Shown piece by piece: positions 30,438 to 40,340 of a stretch of 40,517 nt of DNA. Origin of the DNA: Candidatus Latescibacterota bacterium (lineage in GTDB: Bacteria; Latescibacterota; UBA2968); contig JAYODI010000055.1 of the NCBI GenBank assembly GCA_038279365.1, positions 1 through 40,517 on the forward strand. Reading direction: 5' to 3'. The position numbers were made by a program, and so were the translations under genes. Each line of letters begins with the position of its first letter. Position 1 is the first letter of the stretch. The notes below the pieces were generated by a model. It had not been told where the DNA came from and made no database searches. It saw only the letters and a program-made list of their open reading frames with translations.

Positions 30438-30559
30438 CTCACCTCTTCTTTTTTGTGTTTGCTTGAAAAGCACTGTATTTTGTCAAACACCAAAATGATG
30501 CAAAAGCGTTTTGATCTTGTTTCACACAAACATCAAAAACCCCAACTTGGAGATAGCTT

Positions 30560-32098
30560 ATGAAACACGCCACATATTTTTTCTTGTATCTCTTAGCAAG
30601 TCTGCTTGTCACCCAAGCACACGCCGATGTTTCTCTACCAGCCCTATTTTCCGACCATATGGTACTGCAACGCAATAAAAACATTCCCATTTGGGGCCAT
30701 TCGGAAGCCAATGAAGTTGTTACTGTTGAATTAGACACACAAAAAGTCGTCACCACCGCAGATGCAACGGGTTCATGGTATGTTCATCTCAGCCCCATAA
30801 AAGCAGGCGGCCCTTATATCCTCACAGTAAGTGGCAACAATACCCTCACGTTCAAAAACGTACTCATTGGTGATGTGTGGATTTGCTCTGGTCAATCCAA
30901 CATGCAATGGGCCGTGCGTCAATCTCGCAATGCCCAAGAAGAAATTGCCTCTGCCCAGCATCCCAAAATTCGATTATTCACTGTCAAACGCGTTGCAGCA
31001 CAAACACCTCAGCAAGATGTAACAGGCACTTGGAGTGTTTGCGACTCACAAAGTGTGGCCAATTTTTCTGCCGTAGGGTATTTTTTTGGTCGCCAACTCA
31101 ACAAAACACTCAATGTACCCATTGGCCTTATCAACACCTCATGGGGCGGCACACCCGTTGAAGCCTGGACATCTTTACCGGCACTTCAGGCCACATCCGA
31201 TTATGAACCCTTACATCAACGCTGGACAAAAAACATTGCCGCCTACCCTCAGGCCCAAGAAAAATTTGAAATCAATTTAAAAAACTGGCAAATAACATCC
31301 GACAGTCTCAAAGCATTGGGTGAAAAAGTACCCGCTCGCCCACGCCCCCCCGTGGGACCCAATCACCCTCACCGCCCATCTGTGTTATACAATGGCATGA
31401 TTGCCCCTCTTACACCCTATGCCATACAAGGCGCCATCTGGTACCAGGGTGAATCCAATGCGGGACGTGCCTATCAATATCGCACCCTTTTTCCAACAAT
31501 GATTCGCAACTGGCGAGCAGATTGGGGGCAAGATGCATTTCCATTCCTATTTGTACAACTGGCCAACTTTCGCCAAGTGAAAGAACAACCCGCCGAAAGC
31601 GACTGGGCCGAATTGCGCGAAGCCCAACAAATGACACTGGCGTTACCCAACACTGGCATGGCCACCATTATCGATATTGGCGAAGCAGACGACATTCACC
31701 CTAAAAACAAACAAGATGTGGGGCTGAGATTGGCTTGGGCCGCAGAAGCCCAAGTTTATGGCAAAAACGTTCCCTATTCTGGCCCCCTGTATAAATCGAT
31801 GCAAATTGAAAAAGGCAAAATTCGCATCACCTTCGACCACACCAACGGTGGCCTTAAGAAAAAAGGCGATAAACTGACCGGTTTTGCCATTGCCGGTGCC
31901 GATAAAAAGTTTGTTTGGGCAGAGGCAAAAATTGATGGCAACAGCGTCATCATATCCAGCAAAGAAGTCATTGCGCCCGTGGCCGTACGATATGCTTGGG
32001 CAGACAATCCCGTTTGCAACCTCTACAACGGTGCCAATTTGCCAGCATCCCCATTTCGCACAGACAACTGGCCAGGCATCACAGCAAACAAGCAGTAA
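30560..32098 (+). CDS. Secreted sialate O-acetylesterase family (SGNH) protein
   Basis: Signal peptide; FSDHMVLQR, GDVWICSGQSNM, WGGT..EAW, WYQGESN and DIHP.NK motifs. Confidence 0.92.
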   Translation: MKHATYFFLYLLASLLVTQAHADVSLPALFSDHMVLQRNKNIPIWGHSEANEVVTVELDTQKVVTTADATGSWYVHLSPIKAGGPYILTVSGNNTLTFKNVLIGDVWICSGQSNMQWAVRQSRNAQEEIASAQHPKIRLFTVKRVAAQTPQQDVTGTWSVCDSQSVANFSAVGYFFGRQLNKTLNVPIGLINTSWGGTPVEAWTSLPALQATSDYEPLHQRWTKNIAAYPQAQEKFEINLKNWQITSDSLKALGEKVPARPRPPVGPNHPHRPSVLYNGMIAPLTPYAIQGAIWYQGESNAGRAYQYRTLFPTMIRNWRADWGQDAFPFLFVQLANFRQVKEQPAESDWAELREAQQMTLALPNTGMATIIDIGEADDIHPKNKQDVGLRLAWAAEAQVYGKNVPYSGPLYKSMQIEKGKIRITFDHTNGGLKKKGDKLTGFAIAGADKKFVWAEAKIDGNSVIISSKEVIAPVAVRYAWADNPVCNLYNGANLPASPFRTDNWPGITANKQ

Positions 32099-32110
32099 TG
32101 GAGATGTCGT

Positions 32111-33118
32111 TTGAACAAACCCATAGCAAAATACACAGCCCTTGAAAAGGTTGCTATTCTCCTCATCGCTTTAGGAGAAGATACCACCGCAGAAATCCTA
32201 AAGCATATGCATGATGATGAAACAACCCAAATTGCCACCACCATTGCCAAGCTACAACACGTAGACACGGCCACAATGGATCAGGTCCTTGAAGAGTTTG
32301 AAACCCTGCTTCGCCAAGGCAAATTTGTCTCACAAGGTGGTCGCGAATTTGCCCATGCCGCACTGGAATTGGCCATGGGGCCAGAACGGGCCCAACAAGT
32401 AATGGCACGCATTGGCCATACGGCTTCAGGTCTCACACTGTTAAAAAATGCCGAAGCCAGCCAAATTTTGCCCATTCTTCGCAAAGAACATCCACAAACC
32501 ATTGCGCTCATATTAACCCAAATTCCACCGGCATTGGCCGCAGAAATTCTGGTTGGGTTATCAGAGGAACAACAAGCCGAAGTTACCTATCGCATGGCCA
32601 CCATCAGCACCATAGACCCCAAAACATTACAAGAGTTAGAAGAAAACCTTGCCACCGAATTAAAAGATGTTCTCTCTGGCCATGTAACAAACTTTGATGG
32701 TCCCAAAGTCGTGGCCAACATTCTCAATCGTGCCCGACAAGATACCGAATACAATGTCTTGGATCACATTGCACACCAAGATCCAGAATTGGCAGAAAGC
32801 ATTCGGGAAGAAATGTTTGTCTTTGACGATCTCCAACACCTCTCAGACCAAAACATGCGTGCCTTACTCAAAGATTTAGATACCAATGATTTGGCCTTGG
32901 CCCTTAAAAATGCCAGCCCCACCATCAAAAATCGTTTTTTTGTGAACCTATCCAAAAACCGCGCGCAACTCCTTAAAGAAGAAATCGAATTTTTAGGCAA
33001 AGTTCGATTAAGCGAAGTACAACAAGCCCAACAAAAAATTGCGCAAACCGTGCGTATGCTTCAAGAAAGTGGGCAACTGCGCGTTGTGCGTGCCGATTCA
33101 AAAGACCAGCTCATTTAA
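32111..33118 (+). CDS. fliG: Flagellar motor switch protein FliG homolog
   Basis: KVAILLIALG, EHPQTIALIL, MFVFDDL and VRLSEV..AQ motifs; full length (335 aa). Confidence 0.92.
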   Translation: MNKPIAKYTALEKVAILLIALGEDTTAEILKHMHDDETTQIATTIAKLQHVDTATMDQVLEEFETLLRQGKFVSQGGREFAHAALELAMGPERAQQVMARIGHTASGLTLLKNAEASQILPILRKEHPQTIALILTQIPPALAAEILVGLSEEQQAEVTYRMATISTIDPKTLQELEENLATELKDVLSGHVTNFDGPKVVANILNRARQDTEYNVLDHIAHQDPELAESIREEMFVFDDLQHLSDQNMRALLKDLDTNDLALALKNASPTIKNRFFVNLSKNRAQLLKEEIEFLGKVRLSEVQQAQQKIAQTVRMLQESGQLRVVRADSKDQLI

Positions 33119-33127
33119 TCGAATCAC

Positions 33128-33168
33128 AAAAAAACAGGCGATGTTTTATTACATCGCCTGTTTTTTTT
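33128..33168. terminator. Bidirectional terminator
   Basis: A7-CAGGCGATGT-loop-ACATCGCCTG-T8. Confidence 0.88.
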
Positions 33169-33189
33169 ATGTCCGTTCCAAAAGAGTGC

Positions 33190-33564
33190 TTACGCCTGTT
33201 CTTCAATCAACTTTTTAACAGATTGCACCAATGTTTCAAGCTTAAATGGTTTTTGCAACATTTCACAAGCACCAAAAGCCTCTGCATGATGCAAAAAATC
33301 CAATTGCCCACGACTGCTCCCCCCCGACATGGCAATCATCGGAAGCCCTGGGCTCATTTGATGCAACTCCCGAATGACTTCCAACCCATCTTTATCGGGC
33401 ATCCAAATATCGGTAATCACCAAATCCACAGGCTGTTCGCGATAACTTGAAATGGCCTCTCTGCCATTCACCGCTTCAAAAACCTCATACCCTTCAAGAG
33501 TTAATAACCGACGAATAGCACCGCGAATGGCAGCATCATCATCAACAACAAGAATACGGGCCAC
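33190..33564 (-). CDS. Single-domain response regulator (CheY-like receiver)
   Basis: ILVVDDD, VITDIWMPDKDG, AMSG and KPF; canonical active site; GTG start after GAGG. Confidence 0.92.
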   Translation of the reverse strand: MARILVVDDDAAIRGAIRRLLTLEGYEVFEAVNGREAISSYREQPVDLVITDIWMPDKDGLEVIRELHQMSPGLPMIAMSGGSSRGQLDFLHHAEAFGACEMLQKPFKLETLVQSVKKLIEEQA

Positions 33565-33837
33565 AAAAACCTCTTTAAACAATAGAGAGATATCTCAACA
33601 AACATCCCAAACAGAGACAATCTATTCACAAAAAGATGGCTGAAAAATACCACAAAAATGTCTGATTTCAGCCTTTCGGATAAAAAGCACGACTTTTACA
33701 CCCATCTAAAACCAGTGTCATTTAAAGTAAAAACAATATTTTAAGAACGTTTTCTACTACAATGACCATCAACAAAAATTAATATAATTTATGAACACCA
33801 TCATTTTCATGCAACAATCAGACCATGTGTACAAAAA

Positions 33838-34851
33838 TTATCCCTCAACCCGCGCAGGTGTCACGGGTTGTCCATTGCCACGCGCCGACACATCGGCAGC
33901 CACACACGCCGCCAAAGATGCAAACGCATCGCGCCCATCCACCGCCACAGCACATCCCTCTACAACCGCATCTAAAAATGCATCTACACAACCTTTGCTC
34001 CCCACAGCGATCTCAGAAGCATCCTTGGGCAAAACTTCCCATCCAGCCAAACCATCACGCCCCACCTGATTTCCCACAATCAACCCACGTGTACCCACCA
34101 GCCGAAAATGATCGTCAATTTGAGGACCTTTGGGCCAATGTGCCTCATATGTCACAGTCACCTGCCCAATCACATTGCCTTCAAACTGGAAAATTGCCGA
34201 CGTCGTTTTGTCTTTTGGAAAATCAAGCGAACCCAAACGATTGCTAAATGCCGTCACCGCCTTGATCGGTTTGCCAATCAAAAAACGCAACAAATCCACC
34301 TCATGAATGCCCGAACCCACAAGTGCTGTTCGCCCTGCTTCTGCAGATGCATACCAAGGTGATTTGGCAAATTGGTTCCGCTTATCTTGAATGGCATCAA
34401 TGCGCAAATGCACAATATCACCCAAATCACCGCCATCCAAAATGTCTTTAATGGCCCGAACACGGGTGCGAAACCGTCGTTCGTGGGCCACCATAAACAC
34501 TTTACCCGAAGCATCGGCAGCCTTTACAATCGCACGTGCATCGTCCAAATGGGTTGCCAATGGTTTCGTTTGCAGCACATGACACCCGGCATCAAAACAC
34601 AAGGTTGCGTGCACCCGATGCAAGTGGTCTGGAGTTACAACACTCACCGCATCGGGTGATTCGGCCTTGAGCATACGCTCCAAATCGGTATGCACAGCAG
34701 CAATTTGAGGAAATTCTTGTTGCAATTGCGCAAGGCGTTTTTCATCGGGATCACACACCACCAAACGGCCAACATATTCAGAAGCTGCATAAGCCGCAAC
34801 ATGATGCCTTCCCAAACCCAAACCGACCACTGCCACTTTTAAATCGCCCAT
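33838..34851 (-). CDS. Gfo/Idh/MocA family oxidoreductase
   Basis: VVGLGLG, TPDHLH, HVLQTKP and GIHEVD motifs. Confidence 0.88.
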   Translation of the reverse strand: MGDLKVAVVGLGLGRHHVAAYAASEYVGRLVVCDPDEKRLAQLQQEFPQIAAVHTDLERMLKAESPDAVSVVTPDHLHRVHATLCFDAGCHVLQTKPLATHLDDARAIVKAADASGKVFMVAHERRFRTRVRAIKDILDGGDLGDIVHLRIDAIQDKRNQFAKSPWYASAEAGRTALVGSGIHEVDLLRFLIGKPIKAVTAFSNRLGSLDFPKDKTTSAIFQFEGNVIGQVTVTYEAHWPKGPQIDDHFRLVGTRGLIVGNQVGRDGLAGWEVLPKDASEIAVGSKGCVDAFLDAVVEGCAVAVDGRDAFASLAACVAADVSARGNGQPVTPARVEG

Positions 34852-34865
34852 AACCCAATCTCCTC

Positions 34866-34894
34866 TTGACGTTATGCATTCCGACAGCTAACTT
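34866..34894 (+). promoter_or_regulatory. Possible sigma70 promoter for the YbjN-pspA-DUF4178 operon
   Basis: TTGACG-17 bp-TAACTT. Confidence 0.4.
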
Positions 34895-35046
34895 TAGCCA
34901 TATCAGATAAGTCGTATGCACCATAATTTTTGAAACCAAATTTCATTTTTTGCATCTTATTAACGAAATAAAAAGCAAAAAGAAAGAAGGCCATCCTACA
35001 ATCATATGAGAATTGTGCCTTCTTTCCTTTTCTAAGGAGCCTTAAC

Positions 35047-35442
35047 ATGTCAGAATATTTCCAAACCGTCAAATCATATCTTCAAGACCTCGACTTATCC
35101 ATCGATGAAGAAATTGCTTCTGAAGAACTTGTGGTCGTCAACGACGAAGATCGGGGCATCAGCCGCCTCATCATCGACTGTGAAGCCCCCATTCTCATTC
35201 TCGAACAAGCCATTATGCCCTTGCCCAAAAATCCAGAAGGCCTCTTTAAACGCCTATTGGAACTCAATCGCACGCTTATTCACGGTGCATTTGCCATCGA
35301 CGACGAAACCGGCACCGTGCTTTTTCGCGACACCTTACGCTTAGATACATTAGACCGAAGTGAATTAGAAGGCTCCATCAATGCCTTAGAACTGGCCTTA
35401 GCCGAAAATGCCAGTGAACTATTAGAATACAGCAAGCAATAA
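35047..35442 (+). CDS. YbjN/CesT-like chaperone-fold protein
   Basis: Acidic 131-aa protein with LLELNR.LIHGAF..D...V.FRDTL...LD..EL pattern; directly upstream of pspA. Confidence 0.7.
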   Translation: MSEYFQTVKSYLQDLDLSIDEEIASEELVVVNDEDRGISRLIIDCEAPILILEQAIMPLPKNPEGLFKRLLELNRTLIHGAFAIDDETGTVLFRDTLRLDTLDRSELEGSINALELALAENASELLEYSKQ

Positions 35443-35448
35443 AAAACT

Positions 35449-35513
35449 GTCGCAAGTCTCAGGTCGGCAAGTCAAAAACACCTGCTGACCTGTGACCTGT
35501 GACCTACTGACCT
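35449..35513 (+). repeat. Heptamer-repeat hairpin between the YbjN-like gene and pspA
   Basis: GTCGCAA-GTCTCAG-GTCGGCAA-GTCA opposes TGACCTG-TGACCTG-TGACCTAC-TGACCT. Confidence 0.75.
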
Positions 35514-35545
35514 ATTTCATATCACCGCATTTAAAGGAGTTTTAA

Positions 35546-36250
35546 ATGAGCATCTTTCAACGCCTCTTCCGGGTGGGCAAATCGGAAGTGAACGCCGCCA
35601 TTGACAAATTTGAAGACCCCATCAAAATGACCGAACAAGGTATTCGCGACCTCAAAAGAGATCTCAATGCCGCCATGACCAGTTTGGCCGAAGTCAAAGG
35701 CCAAGCCATTCGTTTGCGCAAACAAGTCGAAGACAACAAAAAAGCATCTGCCGATTATGAACGCAAAGCCATGTTGCTATTACAAAAAGCACAAAATGGC
35801 GACATCGACCCTGCCGATGCCGACCGCTTGGCCACTGAAGCGTTGAGCCGAAAAGAGGAAGCCGACGGCCGCGTTGCCCAACTGGGGCAAGATGCCACCA
35901 GCCAAGAAAACATGGCCAACCAACTGCAAGCACAAGTTGAAAAACTCAAATCGACCGTGGCCAAACACGAAAACGAACTCATCACCTTACGCGCACGTGC
36001 AAAAACAGCCGCTGCCACAAAAAAAATCAACAAACAATTGGCCAAAGTCGATTCCTCAGGCACCATTTCAATGCTCGAACGCATGAAAGAACGCGTGGAA
36101 GAAGACGAATCGCTCTCACAAGCTTATGGCGAAATGGCAGGTGCGGCCAAAAGTGTCGATGAAGAAATTGACACCGCATTGGCGGGTTCCACAAAAGGCA
36201 CCGACGAACGCTTGGCCGCACTCAAAGCCAAAATGGGCATGACCTCTTAA
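35546..36250 (+). CDS. pspA: PspA/IM30 family protein (bacterial ESCRT-III-like)
   Basis: MSIFQRLFR amphipathic N-terminus, EDP.KM.EQ.IRD, long coiled coil and C-terminal LAALKAKMG. Confidence 0.92.
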   Translation: MSIFQRLFRVGKSEVNAAIDKFEDPIKMTEQGIRDLKRDLNAAMTSLAEVKGQAIRLRKQVEDNKKASADYERKAMLLLQKAQNGDIDPADADRLATEALSRKEEADGRVAQLGQDATSQENMANQLQAQVEKLKSTVAKHENELITLRARAKTAAATKKINKQLAKVDSSGTISMLERMKERVEEDESLSQAYGEMAGAAKSVDEEIDTALAGSTKGTDERLAALKAKMGMTS

Positions 36251-36273
36251 CCCACCCTCTTTCACAAAAATAA

Positions 36274-36312
36274 AAATTCGGATTTTAGACGCCGTGTCCA
36301 AAATCCGAATTT
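36274..36312 (+). other. Intercistronic hairpin after pspA
   Basis: AAATTCGGATTTT...AAAATCCGAATTT 13-bp inverted repeat. Confidence 0.65.
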
Positions 36313-36334
36313 CTGATTGTAGGTCTCTAAACTT

Positions 36335-36883
36335 ATGAACTGGAATCCGTTTCGCAAAAAAGAAGCCAAAGATGACGTTGTTGATCCACTCGATATTGCC
36401 CTACACAGTCTCAAACCAGGCTACGTACTCGACTACGATCTCAAAACCTGGCAAGTCAGTGCCCAACATCACTATGACTATGATGGCGATCACATAGACG
36501 AATGGGAACTCACCTGTTCCGATGAGGTGGTCTATCTCGAATGTGAAAAAGATGACGGCTTTACCTACACCCTGACACGCAAAATTCGCATCTCACAAAT
36601 AGACGCCGACATTCCCGCATACATCAATCAAAATGATGATCCTCCCGATGAAATCACCTACAATGACGTAACCTACGAAGCCGACTCTTCTTCCATTGGT
36701 CGCTACTTCAAAAATGGTCAGGGCACAGGTGAAGAATTCATTGTCTGGGACTATCTCGACGAATCCGAAACCCGCACCCTTAGCATTGAACAATGGAGCG
36801 AAGATCAATTTGAAGCCTCAGTAGGTGAAATTGTCGAAGACTATCAATTTTCCAATATCCTTCCTGGTGGTACAGCGCAATAA
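36335..36883 (+). CDS. DUF4178 / YjfK-like protein
   Basis: Acidic protein with L..G..LDYD..TW.V...YD, EW.L and LSIEQW...FEAS.G pattern; pspA context. Confidence 0.7.
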   Translation: MNWNPFRKKEAKDDVVDPLDIALHSLKPGYVLDYDLKTWQVSAQHHYDYDGDHIDEWELTCSDEVVYLECEKDDGFTYTLTRKIRISQIDADIPAYINQNDDPPDEITYNDVTYEADSSSIGRYFKNGQGTGEEFIVWDYLDESETRTLSIEQWSEDQFEASVGEIVEDYQFSNILPGGTAQ

Positions 36884-36902
36884 CAACCATAAAAACGCCT
36901 CA

Positions 36903-36940
36903 AAAGAAAACCCCACAGTTTTGCCTGTGGGGTTTTCTTT
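36903..36940. terminator. Bidirectional terminator between the two halves of the PspA/polyamine cluster
   Basis: AAAGAAAACCCCACAG-TTTTGC-CTGTGGGGTTTTCTTT, perfect 16-bp stem. Confidence 0.85.
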
Positions 36941-37027
36941 TGGGAAAATAAAAAGCCAATACATTGTCATCACTCGAATGATCATATCTGTATTTTTAAA
37001 TAAATGGTGTGGTCTCAATCTTCCAGA

Positions 37028-38560
37028 TTACCAACCCCATTCCGACTCACGATAATATTGATCCACTTTGGGTTCCAGTTCTGTGCTCACCTCAATATTT
37101 GCTACCCCGTCAAACATCCCTTTCCAAAAAGACAACATCCCGCTCATCGCCTCAGCATCTAAAAATTGTGTTTCCACATCTTTAAAATCCAACACATGCA
37201 TCCGTTTTTTTAGCCCATTATCAAATTCTTTTCGCACACCTATCACCCAGCCCCAATCACTCATCGTTGGCACATAGGCATGATAGGGCACCACCTCAAA
37301 CCCTGCCGATTGCATAGTTTGATACACACATAAAAATGCTCTTTGGGCCTGTAATGGGCTCGATGCTTGGGTCACCACCACGCCATCAGCAGACAAATGA
37401 GCCAAACAATCGCGGTAAAACTCACGTGAATACAACCGCGCCAAATCGGGCCCTTTGGGATCGGGCAAGTCAATAATAATGACGTCATACAAATCTGTCG
37501 AATCAGTCAAAAACTTTCCAGCATCACCCGTCACAATCTTCAAACGCGGATCCTCCAAAGATCCCTTATTTGCCGCACGAAGCGCAGGATACGTTTTGGA
37601 CAATGCAATGATCTCCGCATCCAAATCCACCAACGTCACACGCTTCACATCGGCATACTTGATCACTTCACGCACAGCCAACCCATCACCCCCACCCAAA
37701 ATGAGCACGTGTTCACGCGAGTCAGCCAACTGCATCGCCGGATGAACCAGTGGTTCATGATAACGCACCTCATCGTATGTACTAAACTGCACATGGTTAT
37801 TCAAATACAACCAATGGTGCCCCTTCCATTCCGTAATGACAATGCGCTGATAGGGTGTCTGTTTTTCAAACACCACACGATCGCGATACTGACTTTGCTC
37901 GCCAAACAACACAATGGGACGCATCCACACACCCAACAAAACCAACCCAACCGCCAGCCCCCAAAACGCCACCATCAATCGCAACCGATTTGTTAACAAA
38001 GACCGATAACGCCACAACAACACAGAAGCCACAACAAAATTAATCGCTCCCAAAGCAAGTGGTGTATAAGTAAGGCCCAAAGTGGGTAAGGCAAAAAATG
38101 CAAACAACAACCCGCCCAAAAGCGCACCGAAATAATCCTTCTCCATCACCGACGCAATATTTGTCTGAAGTTCCTCATATGACGCATTAAGCCGCGCCAC
38201 CAATGGAATCTCCATGCCAATGAGCACGCCAATAGCAAATGCGTAGCCATAAATAACCACCCCTGCCGAATGTATCATCGCCGACCCAAAATAAGCCGCC
38301 GCGCCACACGTGGCACATAAGGCCGAAAGCCAAAACTCAATGGCTATGAAACGATCCAACAACCGATCGGGCAACAACCGACTCCATCGACTACCCAACC
38401 CCATTGCAAACAGCATCAACGACATCGTCAACGTCCACTGCAACGTCGTATTGCCCAACAAATAACTTGCCAAGGTAGACAAAGTAAACTCGGCCACAAT
38501 GCCCGAACACCCTGTGGCAAACAAGCATATTTTCAACAAATTACTTTGACGTGTATCCAA
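37028..38560 (-). CDS. speE: Membrane-fused polyamine aminopropyltransferase (spermidine synthase-like)
   Basis: About 7 N-terminal TM helices, then QTPYQ.I, QFS..DE.RYHE.LVHP, LILGGGDG and DLPDP motifs; AGGAG before TTG. Confidence 0.9.
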   Translation of the reverse strand: MDTRQSNLLKICLFATGCSGIVAEFTLSTLASYLLGNTTLQWTLTMSLMLFAMGLGSRWSRLLPDRLLDRFIAIEFWLSALCATCGAAAYFGSAMIHSAGVVIYGYAFAIGVLIGMEIPLVARLNASYEELQTNIASVMEKDYFGALLGGLLFAFFALPTLGLTYTPLALGAINFVVASVLLWRYRSLLTNRLRLMVAFWGLAVGLVLLGVWMRPIVLFGEQSQYRDRVVFEKQTPYQRIVITEWKGHHWLYLNNHVQFSTYDEVRYHEPLVHPAMQLADSREHVLILGGGDGLAVREVIKYADVKRVTLVDLDAEIIALSKTYPALRAANKGSLEDPRLKIVTGDAGKFLTDSTDLYDVIIIDLPDPKGPDLARLYSREFYRDCLAHLSADGVVVTQASSPLQAQRAFLCVYQTMQSAGFEVVPYHAYVPTMSDWGWVIGVRKEFDNGLKKRMHVLDFKDVETQFLDAEAMSGMLSFWKGMFDGVANIEVSTELEPKVDQYYRESEWGW

Positions 38561-38778
38561 TTAAATCTCCTGCAAAGATAGGCGAATCTGCGCACAGCCA
38601 CAGGCTATAATGAGCGTTGCAAATCATCTGCGAATCAATATCCATCTGTCTATTCGGCCATACGATCTTTGCTCTACTTATACCAAGTGTGAAGGCCCTG
38701 CGCCATTTACACCCGAAGCACAATTTCAGGTCTTTGACACAGGGCCTTTTTAATTTTTAATTTGCATTCCTAACCGTT

Positions 38779-39624
38779 CTACAAACTCCAAACAATCAAA
38801 AACGAAGCGCCCACATATGAAAACGCCTCAATAAACCCAGCACCCATATTGGGATTATCTTGATGGGCAATTTCATCCGTCAGCTTTTGACCTGGCAACA
38901 ACACCACATCGGCCAAAAACCGCACAATGGGCAACAACACCAAACTTAAAATGATTTCCAAGGCAAACTCTTGTAAATTGACCGCCCACGAAATAAAATC
39001 ACCTGCCGCAGCATGGCGCACAATAATCCCCACGCCCATAAGCGCACCAGCAAAAGCGATTCCGGCGGCCACATTGTCCTTTTCAATTTCGCCATGCAAA
39101 TCAAAGCCAATGATGCGTTCATAAACCAACCCGGCCAACACAAGCGCCAACTGCCCCAACAACCAAAACACAATCGTTTCCGTCATGCCACCCAATACAC
39201 CCGAAATGGCACCATTAATCACCAACCCTGTGGCCACATAAGAAGCCCCCAACACCGCACCCGTGCCCGTATTTTGATCGCGCACAATTTCATCTACCGT
39301 TGAAAAAGCGTGTAAAATCAACCGATCGTTAATCACCCGTGCCAAATTCATCAACACAATAGACAAACCGCCATAAATACCAATATCGATCAAATCATTA
39401 TCCAGCCCATGTGATGGGCCTACCATCACACCACCAATGGCCAAAATCAATCCAAAACCATATCCCGAAAAAGCAATGGCCAACGCCGCATTGTCTTTTT
39501 CAACCAATTCTTCTTTAAAATTAAAACCTGGTGACGTTGCTCCATAAACCAATTTACCCACCCAAAACAGCACAAATGACGCAATCAAATACACACCCGA
39601 AACCATCACATCTTGCCAGATCAT
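38779..39624 (-). CDS. DUF350 family membrane protein with duplicated domain
   Basis: Repeated EL/EI...DN.A.G/A motif between TM helices; context next to speE. Confidence 0.8.
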   Translation of the reverse strand: MIWQDVMVSGVYLIASFVLFWVGKLVYGATSPGFNFKEELVEKDNAALAIAFSGYGFGLILAIGGVMVGPSHGLDNDLIDIGIYGGLSIVLMNLARVINDRLILHAFSTVDEIVRDQNTGTGAVLGASYVATGLVINGAISGVLGGMTETIVFWLLGQLALVLAGLVYERIIGFDLHGEIEKDNVAAGIAFAGALMGVGIIVRHAAAGDFISWAVNLQEFALEIILSLVLLPIVRFLADVVLLPGQKLTDEIAHQDNPNMGAGFIEAFSYVGASFLIVWSL

Positions 39625-40340
39625 TTACCAAACCCTCCTCCGCTGCGGCCGCCAAACCCACTGCGGCTCCGAGTGGTACTCCCAAAACTGGACCGTCCTT
39701 GACTTGCACGACTTTGTAATTTCTGAGCAAACGAACTTTTCTTTTGTGCAACAGCTTGTTTACGGCGCTCAAATGTTGAAGGCTTCTGCTGTTGTGTCAC
39801 AGTGCCTTGTGTGCCATATTCTTTTTTTGAGCCATAATAAGGCCGTTGTTCTCGCCGATAACTGCGATAATCATCATAATCGCGCCGACTCATACCATAC
39901 CCACTGCCCCACCCCAACATACTTTGCATAAATGCGTATTGACCATAAAATTCCCAAAAAGAGGAGCCTCCTCGATCGACCCATCGACCATATTGGGGGT
40001 TGCCCACACGGTCATACCCTGGCGGATGTGCCGTCGTGTTTACACCTTGATCGGTTTTCGAAACCAGTGCCATGCCCAAAAAGGGTTCATACTTTTGAAA
40101 AATAGGCTCAGATACTTCAATCCAATCGGTTTGCGCTTGTCGTTCACCCTGCGTAATCAAATACCGATGGTAATATTGAGGAAAGAGTGTGCCCTCTTCA
40201 CGCATGTCATCCAACACAATCATATAATCTGGTGCAGAAGCCAATGACCGCTGCATTTCAACCACAGGATCGCGCTCACCCCCACACCCTCCTAACCACA
40301 ACAGACCAATTAAAAATATTGGCCATCCTACACGTGCCAT
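39621..40340 (-). CDS. Lipoprotein with Gly/Ser/Arg-rich tail (YjfM-like context)
   Basis: Lipobox LGGC, PPGY..VGNPQYG.W...G.SFWEFYGQY and C-terminal RSGGGFGK; ATGA overlap with DUF350; GGAGG before ATG 40340. Confidence 0.75.
   Translation of the reverse strand: MARVGWPIFLIGLLWLGGCGGERDPVVEMQRSLASAPDYMIVLDDMREEGTLFPQYYHRYLITQGERQAQTDWIEVSEPIFQKYEPFLGMALVSKTDQGVNTTAHPPGYDRVGNPQYGRWVDRGGSSFWEFYGQYAFMQSMLGWGSGYGMSRRDYDDYRSYRREQRPYYGSKKEYGTQGTVTQQQKPSTFERRKQAVAQKKSSFAQKLQSRASQGRSSFGSTTRSRSGFGGRSGGGFGK

Noticed and set aside
34875-34920. Hairpin upstream of the second Gfo/Idh/MocA gene as a riboswitch
   Set aside because: Short, imperfect pairing that overlaps a candidate promoter; no recognisable aptamer.
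38541-38723. 60-aa ORF between DUF350 and speE
   Set aside because: No SD or motif, and it overlaps the speE start; the region is better explained by RNA structure.
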